This document shows positions 63,216 to 64,000 of a DNA stretch of 64,000 nucleotides, piece by piece. The translations under genes were made by a program, and so were the position numbers. The notes under the pieces were generated by a model. It was not told the origin of the DNA. It ran no database searches and worked only from the letters and a program-made list of their open reading frames with translations. The stretch lies in NCBI GenBank assembly GCA_051294375.1, contig CM119269.1, positions 7,421,446 to 7,485,445 on the forward strand. Direction: 5' to 3'. This stretch comes from Paraspadella gotoi. Lineage: Eukaryota > Animalia > Chaetognatha. Position 1 is the first letter of the stretch, and every line of letters begins with the position of its first letter.

Positions 63216-64000
63216 CGTGAATCACAACAAAGAGACCGAATCACTTTTTAGTTCCTCCCCAAATTCACCGCCAACTGTTACCTTTTGAGGTTCGCGCGTT
63301 GGTGACGAAATCGTCGACATGGTCGTCGTTATCGTCGTCGTCGTCATCTTGTTTGTATTTTCACGCAGATTATAATTACGTCTCTCAGTTCAAGTAACCG
63401 TGTCAAAAACGAGTCTTTTGTTTTCCTATATGTCAGTTGTCTGTCTGTCCGTTTGTCTGTTCTCAATCACTTTTTCGGTCTCTCGATTCAACACATATAT
63501 TAAATATCATATCATATATGACTCTTCGGTTTTACTTCTACATAAACTTTTACTTATTTTTCTCCATTGACTCGAATCACCTTCTCACATCTCACATCCG
63601 CTCACCTCCTTCTCTTCCCCACCGGCCGGGGAGTTGCAGTCCGAGGAGCAGTTGGAGCAGTCCGAGGAGCAAGAGTAGCCGCCGGGATTGAACTTGGAGC
63701 CGCCGGAAGAGCGGCCGAGAGAATGAACGTCGGTGAAGCAGACGAGAGGATTCGTGGCGTCAACGAGCCCCGGACTCAACGCCAGATGGCGATCGAAATC
63801 GGTAAACGGCGCCGCTCCAGACCCGGCGCTCCCCACCACGACGCCGGCGACGCCGTCTTCGTCCTCGGAAACGTCTGATCGCCGGCGTCGATGGCGCCGG
63901 GCGTGGCGCCGGAAGTGACAAGCGCCGAGGACGAGAATAGAGACGAGGATGGCGACGCCGAGAAGAATGAGGAGAAGGATCCACCAATCGTGAGTCAGAC
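60069..64000 (-). CDS. 3' part of a single-pass membrane protein gene (exons >64000-63606, 60908-60069)
   Basis: [38 protein letters not shown] is a TM helix plus basic stop-transfer. The phase-0 join is gag|gtgagc...cacag|ttt. The Pro/Ser-rich tail ends in QTKV*. Confidence 0.75.
62681..62733. promoter_or_regulatory. cluster of three GTCACGTGA(C) E-box/CLEAR-type palindromes
   Basis: Copies at 62681-62690, 62703-62712 and 62725-62733. Confidence 0.4.

Overview
This is eukaryotic, probably invertebrate-animal, genomic DNA from an error-prone, gap-filled assembly. It has 8 N gaps and many indels, with CpG-rich exons set in very AT-rich, microsatellite-laden introns. Genes I can support by hand-splicing: (1) the 3' end of a Q/S/P-rich protein gene (+, 434-2346). 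(2) An NRBP/Madm pseudokinase gene (~46.8-29.8 kb) whose exons lie on both strands because two blocks are inverted, one breaking in mid-exon. (3) A 3-exon ZIFL/DHA1-like MFS transporter (-). (4) The 3' end of a single-pass membrane protein ending in a PDZ ligand (-). (5) An AT-rich 7TM protein resembling class C GPCRs, present in 3 copies. Mobile DNA includes a full-length CsRn1-clade Ty3/Gypsy LTR element with a tRNA-Trp PBS, Penelope-like GIY-YIG fragments with minimal hammerhead ribozymes, a hAT-like and a Tc1/mariner-like non-autonomous element, Helitron/Helentron-like repeats and a tRNA-derived SINE head. About 5.4-24.9 kb is an ~8.5-kb inverted duplication that most likely reflects a mis-oriented duplicate or haplotype contig. 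A hairpin-dense ~290-bp intronic element is an unassigned ncRNA candidate. All family assignments are by motif recognition from memory; no searches were run.
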